DNA from: Barthelona sp. PCE
Taxonomy: Eukaryota
Direction of reading: 5' to 3'
DNA: 64,000 bases
Assembly (NCBI GenBank): GCA_040285745.1
Contig: JAUFOR010000004.1
Coordinates: 434,001-498,000, forward strand
Each line of letters begins with the position of its first letter. Positions within the stretch are counted from its first letter, which is position 1. The notes below the pieces were generated by a model. It was not told the origin of the DNA, searched no databases, and saw only the letters and a program-made list of their open reading frames with translations. The position numbers and the translations under genes were made by a program. This document shows positions 43,101 to 52,581 of this stretch, piece by piece.

Positions 43101-46100
43101 TTATTTTTTGAAATGGCATATGGATGTATCAGTTCCATACCTGCTCTAAAAAATGTAGATAATCCAAATGAAATGTAAATAATGCAATTATCAATGGTGT
43201 ACGGCAGCATTTCAGGTGTGCTATGCGATAGACAAACATCATCAGATGTCAAATGAACCAGAACGAAAGACTCTAAAATCATTAAAAAATCTGAATGTCG
43301 ACGCACATTAAGGATTTCATCGATTCTCGCGTACAAGTTATACACTGTCACAATAATATTTTTAGCCCATTCACCTTCAATAGCAGAATAATTATTTCCA
43401 ATAGTTGTCAAAAAATTAACGCTTTCTTTTAACTTTTGTGCTTTAACAATGTACTGTTCAATATTTCCATTTCTAATTGATTCCTCAAGATCCAACAACT
43501 CCACTGTAATTAAACGTACAATGACCAAAAATCCACAAAACCTAGGTAAATGGATGAATGCTTTCATATCCAAATCAGAAAGATTGGTACTCATTTCGAT
43601 AACGTTAGTTGTCAATGCCAAAGAAATACAATCATGAATATCAGAAATAAATTGAGGTGCAACAAACCCTGCATCACTTATAAAACCACTGTCAATCACA
43701 GGTTTATAAGGGGAACAAAATTCAAGATACTCGTCTTGAGTATTCCACACGCCAACAATACTATCTTTCTCCCATCGAATTGAGTGTATGTGTGGAAGGT
43801 GCATAGTAACCATGTGATGACTGAGAGAACCGCTAGCCTTGATGGTGTAAAGAAGATCACAAGCTTGATGGAATTGTTCAGTATTAAAAATTACAGGCCA
43901 TGAGCTGCTAGAAAAATGCTTGTTCGCCAAAGTATCACAGAGCTTATTTAATTTGCTACACCATGTTTTAATCGTCATTTTCGGTAAAACTGGTGTGCAT
44001 TGAATCTTACCATCTCTATATTTACCAAAAAATTCTTGGGCTCTAATTTTACCAATTAGAACACATTCATCAACGTTAATTGAACTGAATTGAGATCCAT
44101 TCTTGGGTAAAGTATTAACCTTTTCTTTAAACAAAAAAGAATTTTTCTTAATAATTGAAAACCATATTTCCAAAGCATTCTGTACTTCATGAACAGTATC
44201 ATGAAATATGTAAGAAAACTGAAATAATGCACATAAATGTTCAGTAACATTAATAAAAAACCCAATATCGCTTAAAACATCATCTAAACCATTCAAGAAT
44301 ATTGTGAACTCATTCATCATACTGAGAGTTGTTTCAGTATAAATATGTGACATTGACAGATGCTCAAATATCTCATATGAATCGTTTCTGCTGTTTAATA
44401 ATTGAGTTTGTAACATCTTAATACAATCTAAACATAAAAATTGAAACCCATTTGTCATGAAAACATCAATATGACTGTCAGCAACAATATTAATAATTTT
44501 CTTCACCTGTATTTGAAGGGAATTTTCAAATTCTAACATTCTAACAGCTTTGTAAAATGATGATTCCTTTTCAGGACTGCAAATAAAGCTGATGAAATTC
44601 CGACCATGGACAACTTCACCTACCATTAGCTCAAACATCGAACTCTGACGAGTACTAAGACATGAATCTTGTAATGTAGTTATATATGGTAAAACTGCAA
44701 TTAAAGCTTCTCTTAACAGAACAAGCAGATTATTTATGTTATTGAAAATAGCACAGCTATCAAAATCAAAAGATGGGACACTTTTCAGGGACAGTTCAGT
44801 GTAAGGAGACTCAAATAACGATAGTATTTGCATGAATACGCGGTTGATATCAGAAAACAAAACATAATGTTCTCTTAACTGAAAGTTCTCCAATTCATTA
44901 ACAGCTGGATGCGATAGTGAAAATGAATAAAACTCCCTACAAAGGTGAGAAAAATGCTGGATGTCACTGCATGTTTCCATGGCTAGTTCATACTTCTTTT
45001 TAATATCACCCAAACAACCCAAAACGACACGCCCAACGTGAGAATCACTAAACTTTGACATTAATGCGCTGTAAACAACAAACGGATGAATACTTTTGTA
45101 AGATTTAAACAATGGGGAAAGTTTAGCCAAAAACTCAATATCATCAACAATTTTATCAAGATTCCTCTTCTGTACCTTTAAAAAACTTGAATATTGCCTT
45201 TCATAGTACTGACTAAATCTATTATAAAGTTTAAAAACATCAGAATATCGTTGTTCTAATACATCATACATTGTTTTAAATGCACTAAATAATGCTGAGA
45301 TGCTGTACAAAGTACCGTATTTCTTAATAAATACTGAATGCATATCATCTTCACCGTTACAAGCATTTAACAATTGAAAAACTGTTGATTGTGTCACATT
45401 AATCGTCTCACTACCAAAAATAATCGCTTTTTGGATTGGATCTTGGCACATTTTGACTATAACTGCCATATAATCATCATATAGTTTGTATTTTTCTAAA
45501 AAGGGGATTACATTCGTCTTAAAAAAGGTAAAAGATGTTTCTTCAGATACTAATTCAAGAAATTCAATTGAAAGTATTGAATCAAAATACGATAAAAATT
45601 CAGAAAAAACAATACTAAAACGATATATAGAGTTCCTTACGGTCTCGGGCGCCTTTAATATGATTGCGCTGCTGCATAAATCAACCAAACTTTCTTCTGT
45701 ATCAGTAATCTCTATAAGTACATTGTTCAAAAATCCTTCAAGGTAATACTGACGAATTTTGGTTGTCATTTCATAGTATGATTCGTAAAGCACATCACAA
45801 TTCACCAACAATCTCGTTACAATACTTTCAAAATCGTCATTTTTCGGTATTTCACCAGCTTTAGGAAGCTGGTTCAAAAAAACTTGCATTTTGGTCAGAT
45901 GTTCCTTGTTGCTTGAGATACAGCCATTGAAGAATGCTGATACTTTTAAGTTGAACTTCTGTAAAGTCACAACGAATTTAAAAGATGGTGATATACACAA
46001 TAAACTTACAAAATTCTTTATGTGATTGATTAAAGTCTGATGTAAAATTGTATAATATAAAGTTAATTCCTGAAAAATATCGACACTAACAAAAGAAATT

Positions 46101-48316
46101 GTAATTAATCGAGAACAACTGACTAATTCCTTTAAAAACCGTTGTAAATCAATAGATACTATAATTTCAACACGACGTTGAAATAATGCAATGATCACAC
46201 CAACAATTTTTTCACAATCAAATGAATCGCACAACATAGAACGATCTACACTTATATTTATGTCTTCTATGAGTGAATCATACATTGCATTTAATTGAGA
46301 AAGATAATCATCTAATTCGACTCTGAACCATTCTGTAAATTGTTGTACTGATGCAAATTGAATGTCTTTTAATCTAGGAAACGAACCTGGTATTATTGCA
46401 AAAACGCTATCGAGCATATTTGTACAAAAAACAGTCAAATCGTGAATCAAATTATCACAATTCCTCAGTGAATTGTACAGAGATCTATCACTGGAAAGAT
46501 TAACCTTTCCCAATATTTTAAGAACTCGAGCAAAAAGTACTTTAAAAACATATGACATACCGTTGACCTTGGTTGACTTGTTAATAGCAAGAACTCTTGA
46601 ATGCATCAGAGTCTTGTATGATTGAAAACGTCGAACACGAATTAGTGAAGCATAAACTTCCCTATATTCAAAGTTTGTAACTTCTCCACCACAAATTGTT
46701 GGATAAAGAAGTAAAAGGGCAAAATCATTGATTGTGAACGGAGCAATGGCCTTACTGAATGATTTTGATACCCAACTCATACTTAAGATAGGTTTCTTGA
46801 ATTTCTGAAGGTGATTTGATCTGAATACTTGTAGTCTAGTTTTTGCCTGCTTGACATGGGAATCTATCAAGTGCATCAACTCGTCCACTAACCCTGTGCG
46901 GAATAATGATAAACGATCAGCATGAAAAACTATACAAGAGAAAAAATTCTTTAAAAGATCCAACAAATACACAGAATGAAGTAAATTAGAAATTTCCCCT
47001 CGCAATTGGCTCCCTTCTCTAACAATCAAACAAGGACTAAACAGTTGTTCTTTATCAAAATCTTTTCTAATCATTTCAATGTATTGTTCAACAATAAAGA
47101 GTAAAACTTTCCTGAAACCAACAACTTTATCGATGCGGTAGATGATAAGATAAGTAAGAAAAAAGAAAGAGTGTTTATATCGAATGAATAGATTCTTAAT
47201 CTTTAAAATCTTTTGAAAATCACTTATAAATCCTGCAGCTACAACCTTTTCTTGTCTGTGAATGTGTAACAAAGTTGAGGATACATATACTTGAACTGAT
47301 TTTATGTTGATAGTAGAACAATCAAAATCTATAGAAGAAATTCTATTAAATAGTTCTAAAACTGTTGCAAAATTTTTAAAATAAAAACTAAAAATAGTAA
47401 TTCGATGATTTTGTTGAAATTGAAATAAAGAACTAAAATATTTATCCAATGGTAAAACAGCAGTAAGTAATTGCATATGTTTGATGAAATAATTAACCAA
47501 ATGAGAATCATGGCTAATATATTGCTTAATTGAATTAAATATAATCTGCAAACGACCTTTTTTCTCAACTGTACCAATTTGTTGACAAAACATCTTGCGC
47601 ACACTTAAACCTTCAAGTGGAGACGGTACTTGACAATATCTTATGCTACAGTATACAATATATTCCATAAACCCATTTAAAATTGAATGATAAGAATCAA
47701 ATAATTTCTGATGCTTCATTTCAGTTACAATTCCATAAATTTGACTAAATGAAATTGAATCAGTTAGTTGATGAAATTCCATTTTTCCACAGTACACTGC
47801 AACCAGCCCATTAACTAGTGTTTGGAATATATTTTGACACTTGTCTAACCAGGAAATATTCACATTATCGATAGAGAAATTGTTAAAAATGTTCTGATAG
47901 TGAAGTAATACACAAGACCAAACCAGCACCATACCTGAAAATGCAGTAAATGATGTAAACCGAACATCAAAATCGGCACACGCCAGCTTTATACGTAAAA
48001 AATGAGCTACCTGGCACAACATATTGAGATTGTGTAATGCTGCTTCGTAGTAACACTCTTCACATCTATCATCATCAAAAAACATCATCATACTTCCCAA
48101 AAGATCAAATAAACCTGGCAAATTGCTTCTGCTTATCTCAAGTGACGAGAAAAAATTTGTAACATTGCTTTTATCCAAAAGATTATTGCCCAGAGATCTC
48201 TCGTGGTCAAAAGAGGTACTGTGTATTGTTGTCACCAGATAAAATTGCTTTTTAAAAACGCTAAATTGAGTTACTAAAAACTCTCCATTATCTTGCAATT
48301 TTGAATGATTTTCCAT
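37133..48316 (-). CDS. Giant (~3700 aa) highly divergent dynein-heavy-chain-like protein lacking Walker A motifs
   Basis: 11.2-kb uninterrupted ORF. Linker-like, AAA1-like, AAA3-like and coiled-coil segments occur in dynein order. The ORF is secure; the family call is tentative. Confidence 0.6.
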   Translation of the reverse strand: MENHSKLQDNGEFLVTQFSVFKKQFYLVTTIHSTSFDHERSLGNNLLDKSNVTNFFSSLEISRSNLPGLFDLLGSMMMFFDDDRCEECYYEAALHNLNMLCQVAHFLRIKLACADFDVRFTSFTAFSGMVLVWSCVLLHYQNIFNNFSIDNVNISWLDKCQNIFQTLVNGLVAVYCGKMEFHQLTDSISFSQIYGIVTEMKHQKLFDSYHSILNGFMEYIVYCSIRYCQVPSPLEGLSVRKMFCQQIGTVEKKGRLQIIFNSIKQYISHDSHLVNYFIKHMQLLTAVLPLDKYFSSLFQFQQNHRITIFSFYFKNFATVLELFNRISSIDFDCSTINIKSVQVYVSSTLLHIHRQEKVVAAGFISDFQKILKIKNLFIRYKHSFFFLTYLIIYRIDKVVGFRKVLLFIVEQYIEMIRKDFDKEQLFSPCLIVREGSQLRGEISNLLHSVYLLDLLKNFFSCIVFHADRLSLFRTGLVDELMHLIDSHVKQAKTRLQVFRSNHLQKFKKPILSMSWVSKSFSKAIAPFTINDFALLLLYPTICGGEVTNFEYREVYASLIRVRRFQSYKTLMHSRVLAINKSTKVNGMSYVFKVLFARVLKILGKVNLSSDRSLYNSLRNCDNLIHDLTVFCTNMLDSVFAIIPGSFPRLKDIQFASVQQFTEWFRVELDDYLSQLNAMYDSLIEDINISVDRSMLCDSFDCEKIVGVIIALFQRRVEIIVSIDLQRFLKELVSCSRLITISFVSVDIFQELTLYYTILHQTLINHIKNFVSLLCISPSFKFVVTLQKFNLKVSAFFNGCISSNKEHLTKMQVFLNQLPKAGEIPKNDDFESIVTRLLVNCDVLYESYYEMTTKIRQYYLEGFLNNVLIEITDTEESLVDLCSSAIILKAPETVRNSIYRFSIVFSEFLSYFDSILSIEFLELVSEETSFTFFKTNVIPFLEKYKLYDDYMAVIVKMCQDPIQKAIIFGSETINVTQSTVFQLLNACNGEDDMHSVFIKKYGTLYSISALFSAFKTMYDVLEQRYSDVFKLYNRFSQYYERQYSSFLKVQKRNLDKIVDDIEFLAKLSPLFKSYKSIHPFVVYSALMSKFSDSHVGRVVLGCLGDIKKKYELAMETCSDIQHFSHLCREFYSFSLSHPAVNELENFQLREHYVLFSDINRVFMQILSLFESPYTELSLKSVPSFDFDSCAIFNNINNLLVLLREALIAVLPYITTLQDSCLSTRQSSMFELMVGEVVHGRNFISFICSPEKESSFYKAVRMLEFENSLQIQVKKIINIVADSHIDVFMTNGFQFLCLDCIKMLQTQLLNSRNDSYEIFEHLSMSHIYTETTLSMMNEFTIFLNGLDDVLSDIGFFINVTEHLCALFQFSYIFHDTVHEVQNALEIWFSIIKKNSFLFKEKVNTLPKNGSQFSSINVDECVLIGKIRAQEFFGKYRDGKIQCTPVLPKMTIKTWCSKLNKLCDTLANKHFSSSSWPVIFNTEQFHQACDLLYTIKASGSLSHHMVTMHLPHIHSIRWEKDSIVGVWNTQDEYLEFCSPYKPVIDSGFISDAGFVAPQFISDIHDCISLALTTNVIEMSTNLSDLDMKAFIHLPRFCGFLVIVRLITVELLDLEESIRNGNIEQYIVKAQKLKESVNFLTTIGNNYSAIEGEWAKNIIVTVYNLYARIDEILNVRRHSDFLMILESFVLVHLTSDDVCLSHSTPEMLPYTIDNCIIYISFGLSTFFRAGMELIHPYAISKNKLLLPEPNYHLLMRDLVVLCDDSRFFVVISNNYHETRRMFSVLSCYSLRDMSYFHYNEETSVANLTTLLERTFSSKSLLVIFLQSPLIPIAVERINSMESKNYFTKGAVIIVTSQRYYDVSFFGDSIIPFTYCKNESSCLSPSMIFCALLIKDHQVYGTLLHQYVSEFSRLFGLYNTSSLTNSIAMSISFMFTEHEFSEKLFASFLFNLFFSCLEWPFEGFKHVEQYKNLSSKDSFTLMHESFFPNIDHYSIEDLVPFLPLFPPLEIIRSHMDRSRCDDECGLYGLLFAITCCFPVHISIQTLISHDIRYTVVEGILNEFLPRLGIEFKMTMLDCCSSEFFNDYYTAINNTPLSECIIAKTGFKFTVFTSFDRYEMLSLQSINPLFYETSDIKAIPLPPVFCISEEQVLDDYIHRFKDEVSKFGSDQLVERAVEYLKEFYCDAMDLYSRTIWKHSEFKNHRFVAFHFAVTVYLGLLHSRLEGSTRNDLEIDFKFAKNAVNYAYLSPFIVFEQVDFSIDQIESTPFNTAALGSYISVKSGELQSFETISQEQMIRKLSSTTFEQIFLLNSNMLTFQYIVLSHLIGSQILNIPSTIVLDGSFSFTKNIVVSTLFDVDNIWDSKQISYPKAHFGGLLEDCTNVLLDVSGSEEKFLCVRKHLLICWNSNPSELYTIYSNRFFNLEEHNILKNFAESMTIMTSILLERSPDLHDVMYLFRKQIYYCFASALHLFYNHALECYDVSMLYECLSTFKLIEAMISGGTKLDYRALRAFSTHLRLKFCDSNDQCHLMITKLLDIMPLSKQELNDPLIIFNNKYLSTEQLFTLFNNNVHDIHSRAWYHCNEDILKIMINIQDTSSCVGFVLNTLSKTTSLSTELFVYLLRLSLEKGSLVSQKFNASISYDTSPKVPTAIIIDCSTINVCMFNSKIRQMIISSIHHAHPLYTFYLLFATEVQANIISEHVQGMIVSRMTNNWDKSRYFPLPSKELISIDRRNCILNDDMLKSIKYLSSDLSIYIDIFISCSKKIISSNSTFKFNEIDCVTFPSVDVLHSMNISTCLNVSNYFGLFSSFCEIIKSAQDRFTTLKNLLQSLNVDISIQKSRLVDLKKQLHKHKLILAKHLGTGISVSELVDHKQAQDFFRKQVELEQRIVYLKDNVRSLKTSIDEQQTIINQLIKVFPVVTLSDEIMKHVQVCSLLLTFYQLAISSVTVPLVKSIITEFLISSGMDPSIIAKVIEVTLTILFPISFSNDPIPFSQQLLLARIMRLYYAMASEFVMISNVVTPVKMEKTSVQSIFAPVIIVDIFKMIIHPWQWKEIFNFAQNKFFFVHMTSLEDFEFFEPLIEAVLKAKRTRETEHVHFQGAFIPIEPNIRISVFNSCANYRSSISIIYNDLLLIGESFLNTKKDVSRQIDRVFGKNKEKIPLDFVRFMNIIDTNLNDHKNDIYEELALVDFFNIDCSVKTHPEIFSLRFVHHLFNFNDAFSVFVDNYFVFVYPVHHFLTLYRNLMQQEDPKTALFDLLSVELLRIPVHFRLTAMYYLFVLHNVFIDSKCITDISMLLSNDSFDVDSPLMLKNKISAVDLSHELLNECLKTKIAVAKNDDLSQCTKHLNNFELVKSETRAVAELIITIDTALDITYSNKLCKLVLWCIVLSPFTSPNYVSEPCTTIFASIFNHCSIEIFNVKALFAYEPLDIFITSCNLILPVSFALADNFIYMSLMINDDYNLINLCEFMQLTASEQQSIISKHDCLFVKLEFHDTYIDIQHITAIVESMDASLSPRVVFLLTENVYKQLRHNIPTILYYDIRNFHNSTIQLLLQVFNHYDSMFYSIDNCNVTLRQTLILSLFTTVIRKARVIDLLLLYNHLAMFLSLNSTKLKTLKLKTLLRSCGASENEVKEFVSVYYNDEVTVCYASLNIPIFYTRSDIISYIQTKFPLFLYRDSNGVFGVSNDQFYSSFSSFRLITREFVAQRPLSAPLVSVLDHKKRRKKENFLNNI

Positions 48317-48528
48317 GTAAAATGCTTGACTTTTAATCAATTAATTGAACAGAGTCATATATCCTGCTATATATTATATCACCTGAAATGGAATAAAATT
48401 GTGTTACCAGAATTTCTACCCTTTTTTCTGCTTGAGGTGTTTTGATCACCGCAATGAGAGTTTTTTACAATTTTGACAGTTTTTATTCCCATTTTTAACC
48501 ACAGTTTTTTTTTTTTCTACAACATACT

Positions 48529-50502
48529 ATGCCTAGATGTTTAATTCAAGACACATTTAAGTTTTGCAACAAGACTGTGCTTCTGAATCGACACTCCTCA
48601 ATGGCATCAATACGGGAAATTTCAGCAAATTTTCCATGCTTTCTTGAACCATGTTATTTTGCATATCGAGAGATAATACCGGCCCCCTCTGTTTACAACA
48701 TTTCCCGTATAATGGATGGAACACTTGTAAGTTACATATTCAACAATCAATCTACAAAATTGAAAGTATTTGTTTTTGAAGCTGATGATTTGGGTATTCG
48801 TGTTGTTGATGAAATATATCTTCAGATGCCGGATGGTTTTAACAGAAAAATGCACACCTTTGCCCTAATATCATTGAATGAAATGATAGTTTCTCCTATT
48901 GATCGACATAGCTTTTTTTATAATTTCAGTTCAAAAACAACAACATTTATTGAAGAATATACTTACGTTAAACCATACTATTTAAATAACGTATGCGCAT
49001 ATTTGACTGGAGAGAGATTCATGATTTGCGGTTTACACGGAAAGACAGAAAGTGTTCCCGACAATGTGATAGGACAGAGATTAATTCCCGTCACAAACGT
49101 GGGCCTTGGTGCGTTTTACGGTCCAGGGGTCTTTGTTTTGATCAGCAAAGATCTTGAATATATTGATCTGTCTCATTTGATCGATTCAAACTTTGAAATG
49201 CTTGATATAAATGACAAGAGGATACAGTTGCTATTATTAGAAGTATCTCAGAGCTGTCTTGTTTTCATAATTGTAAGCAGCAAAAAGCAGGAGTATGTTT
49301 GCTTTCATGATGGGTTACTGTGTAGACGATGGACAGTTAGCTCTACTTTTTTTTCAATAGTTTTTGTATTACCAGATGGTTTTTCGGAAAATGCATGGAA
49401 TAGTTTGATGAATGAAAATTTTAAATACGTAGAAAATACATGTTTTGTTCAGCGAAAGAAGAACTTTTGGTATAAATCTGAATTGGCAGCAAAAAAAGAT
49501 ATTATATTCTCATTTAGATATACAGTCAAAATAATTGGTGATTGTCTTAGAATGAAAACAGAGACCGGTTGCATTGTTATAAATTTGTTCAGGAACACAA
49601 TTGATGTATTATCAGGTTCGAATTCAGAAACAAATGAATGTTATGTACACCATGATTGGTTCAACAGAAGATATGCGCGTTTCCGGCTAAAAGTTCGGCA
49701 GCCCGACAAAGAAGATATGATTAACGCGATATACAAGGCTGATTTAAATGAATTCATAAATATTAATGGGTGGAATGTTGTGAAATGTGAGTTAAAATGT
49801 AATCTCGCCACAGAAATGCCAATGTACGTTGGTTGTTTACGAGGAAGAGATGTCGTTTTATACAGTAACGGTTCATTATTTTTGGATGAAGAGAAGGTAA
49901 GTGGAGATGTTCTTGTTGGCTCAATCGTTTACCAAACAGATAATAATCACTTCGTCATACTCAAAGGAAGGTATAATGATGTTGTGTACGTTTTGTTTTG
50001 GAATCACATGACGGGTAATTTTGTTTTTAAAGAATTTTCTTTTAAATGGGGAGAATTTGCTGCATGTTATACGTCAAACAGATATGCCTTTTTGGATGAA
50101 GACAAAGTATTCGTTGTACATCTTATGCACGATGATTCATGTTTGATATCAACAATTGTTATTGAATCTATTAATGAGGAGGTTGAGAAAAAAGGAAGAT
50201 TTGCATTTTTATGTGATGGTTGCGTATTATTGGCCAATAATTACGCATATATGGTAAGCAGTGATGAAATACATAAGCTGGATCTGCTCTTACCTGCTGC
50301 AAGATTCTATGTTTCTCACGGAAACATTCTTAAATCAATTTTTTCAATATCATCAAAGGGTATTAAATACAGGGATGCCACATTTGATGTAGACTCTGAG
50401 ACTAACTCAGTTAGCTTTGTTCAGAGTGATGAAATTTTTCTACCTATTCGAGATATGTTGGAGAATTTTGAATCTTTCTGCTGGAAATTTGAGTTCGAGT
50501 GA
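48529..50502 (+). CDS. Hypothetical beta-rich protein, 'MPR' family member 3 (657 aa)
   Basis: Long ORF starting MPRCL, similar in size, composition and C-terminus to the genes at 5575 and 9572. Confidence 0.8.
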   Translation: MPRCLIQDTFKFCNKTVLLNRHSSMASIREISANFPCFLEPCYFAYREIIPAPSVYNISRIMDGTLVSYIFNNQSTKLKVFVFEADDLGIRVVDEIYLQMPDGFNRKMHTFALISLNEMIVSPIDRHSFFYNFSSKTTTFIEEYTYVKPYYLNNVCAYLTGERFMICGLHGKTESVPDNVIGQRLIPVTNVGLGAFYGPGVFVLISKDLEYIDLSHLIDSNFEMLDINDKRIQLLLLEVSQSCLVFIIVSSKKQEYVCFHDGLLCRRWTVSSTFFSIVFVLPDGFSENAWNSLMNENFKYVENTCFVQRKKNFWYKSELAAKKDIIFSFRYTVKIIGDCLRMKTETGCIVINLFRNTIDVLSGSNSETNECYVHHDWFNRRYARFRLKVRQPDKEDMINAIYKADLNEFININGWNVVKCELKCNLATEMPMYVGCLRGRDVVLYSNGSLFLDEEKVSGDVLVGSIVYQTDNNHFVILKGRYNDVVYVLFWNHMTGNFVFKEFSFKWGEFAACYTSNRYAFLDEDKVFVVHLMHDDSCLISTIVIESINEEVEKKGRFAFLCDGCVLLANNYAYMVSSDEIHKLDLLLPAARFYVSHGNILKSIFSISSKGIKYRDATFDVDSETNSVSFVQSDEIFLPIRDMLENFESFCWKFEFE

Positions 50503-51605
50503 TTACAAAACAGTTGATAGAATAAGCTCAATTGTTTTGAATTAAAAAACATTCAATTTTTTGATTTTTTTAAGACCTTGTTGTTTCCGAAACTAGGATG
50601 CGCCCAATCTATTCGTAAGGTTATTGAACCTGTTAAAGTCATGTATTCCCCGTGATCTTTTGCCCCCCTACTTCAAATATTGGATGTAGATTGATAATTT
50701 TTAATTGTATTTTCAGAAGATATATTAGGCATTATGCAGACGAATGTGAGATATTTATCGATTGAGGTCGTTAGATCATATAACAATATGTATAAAGGTA
50801 GGACAATACAATTTAACCAGTGTTAAAGATTACAACCACATATGGTTATTGATGAATACTTTGCTATTCTTAAGAAATGCTACAGAGAAAGAATGATCCT
50901 TCGTTCGTGTCTTCTTCCACACCACGAGGAATTGTTACAGCAGCTTGGCGATTTTGTTTGCCTATGGTTTTCTTTTTTAGGCAACATAATTATCGTTTGA
51001 CTGTAATAAACATAGAATTTTTTTGTTAACCCAATTTTTTGTGCATTGATGATATGGTCAGTGTTAAATCTTGCCGGATCAACAGTTTACACTTTTGAAA
51101 TTTCATTAATATCTTTGTAAGAAGAAATTCGTTTTTCTCTTTGTATGTTAACAATTTTATACAGTTCTATTCGTGATACCGTCTTAATATCAATGAAACG
51201 GTACTTTTTGAGTGTGTTGAATATGATATTACGATGTTCATAGGTTGATTGTTTCAAATTCTAATTTTGCTTTGACAGCGTTAAGGATGTCTTTATGTGG
51301 TTAAATGTTGTTGAATATTGTGAACTATCTTGGTGAAAGGTTGTAAATTTACTTAAGATATAGGCACTTGTTCGGAAGCTGCGAGCTCTGTTGAGTGCTG
51401 GTTTTGTGCTGAGAATTGTTCTTAAAGCCTTTTTTTTTTTAAAAGAAAAGGGGAAAGAAATGAACGCAAATTAATCGAGAAATGAATCGCGTGCGTACTT
51501 TTAAGTTAAATTTACTCCTGCAAAATAGCATGTCAGCGACAAGAATGCCTTTGAATATAAAGTTGGGTTGAAGAGCTTGCATTTGTTTTTCTAACTCATC
51601 TCATT

Positions 51606-51632
51606 TTATTTAGCTTATTTAGCTTATTTATC
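51606..51632 (+). repeat. 9-bp tandem repeat just upstream of the TrxR ATG
   Basis: TTATTTAGC TTATTTAGC TTATTTATC. Confidence 0.85.
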
Positions 51633-51642
51633 GCTTAATTTC

Positions 51643-52581
51643 ATGTCCAACGTAGAGCAGGTTGTAATTATTGGGTCAGGCCCCGCTGGAAATACGGCTG
51701 GTTTGTACGCTGCAAGAGCGCAGCTGAATCCTCTGGTAATTTCCTCGTATGAATCACAGCTGGCAGTATCCCACGAGGTGGAGAACTTCCCCGGCTTTGA
51801 GTTTACCACTGGCCCCGATTTGAACGAGAAGTTCGAGGCCCATTCGAAAAAATTCGGCTGCAGATACCAGTATGGCATCGTCAGTGAGGTTGATTTCACG
51901 TGCTCACCCAAGAAGATCACAGTCGGATCAAAGGTCATCGAGGCACACACCGTCATCATTGCCACCGGTTCATCCGCCAAGTGGCTCAATTTACCCAGCG
52001 AGCAGGCCTTCATGGGTCTTGGTGTCTCCGCCTGTGTAACATGCGACATTGGTTTCTGCCCCCCTGAAGGCGAGATCGTCCTTGTCGGTGGAGGTAACAC
52101 TGCCATGGAGGAGGCAATCCAAGCCTCCAACCACGTCAAACACGTGCACATGGTTCACCGCCGTGACGAGTTCCGTGGCGAGCGCATTCTGCGTGATCGC
52201 GTCGAGAAGAACGAGAAGATCACCGTCCATTGGGACTCTGTCCTAGACGAGGTCCTCGGCAACGAGTCCGGTGTTACAGGCGCCCGCATTAAGAACGTCA
52301 AGACGGGCGAAACCACCGAGTTCGAGGTTCCCATGGTCTTTATTGCAATTGGTCATAAGCCCAACTCAGCCTTCCTCGCCGATTCCGTCGAGCTCGAGCA
52401 CGGATACGTCTCTGTCAAGGGCGGTATGTCCGCTTACGCTACACAGACCTCCGTTGAAGGCGTGTTTGCTGCCGGAGACATTGCTGACCACACCTACCGC
52501 CAGGCAATCACCAGTGCTGGTACTGGGTGCATGGCTGCTCTGGACGTTGAGCGCTACCTCACCGAACACGACCTTATATAA
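51643..52581 (+). CDS. trxB: Low-molecular-weight (TrxB-type) thioredoxin reductase
   Basis: IIGSGPAG, EVENFPG, GVSACVTCD (CxxC), GGGNTA, HRRDEFR, GVFAAGD and YRQAITSAGTGCMAALD. Confidence 0.98.
   Translation: MSNVEQVVIIGSGPAGNTAGLYAARAQLNPLVISSYESQLAVSHEVENFPGFEFTTGPDLNEKFEAHSKKFGCRYQYGIVSEVDFTCSPKKITVGSKVIEAHTVIIATGSSAKWLNLPSEQAFMGLGVSACVTCDIGFCPPEGEIVLVGGGNTAMEEAIQASNHVKHVHMVHRRDEFRGERILRDRVEKNEKITVHWDSVLDEVLGNESGVTGARIKNVKTGETTEFEVPMVFIAIGHKPNSAFLADSVELEHGYVSVKGGMSAYATQTSVEGVFAAGDIADHTYRQAITSAGTGCMAALDVERYLTEHDLI

Noticed and set aside
48341-48358. In-frame ATG plus TAA just upstream of the giant ORF, suggesting stop reassignment
   Set aside because: TAA terminates conserved genes (enolase, calmodulin, TrxR) at the expected positions, and TAG and TGA end other long ORFs, so the code is standard.
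50842-51000. 52-aa ORF in the large intergenic gap
   Set aside because: Short, with no motif or codon-bias support.
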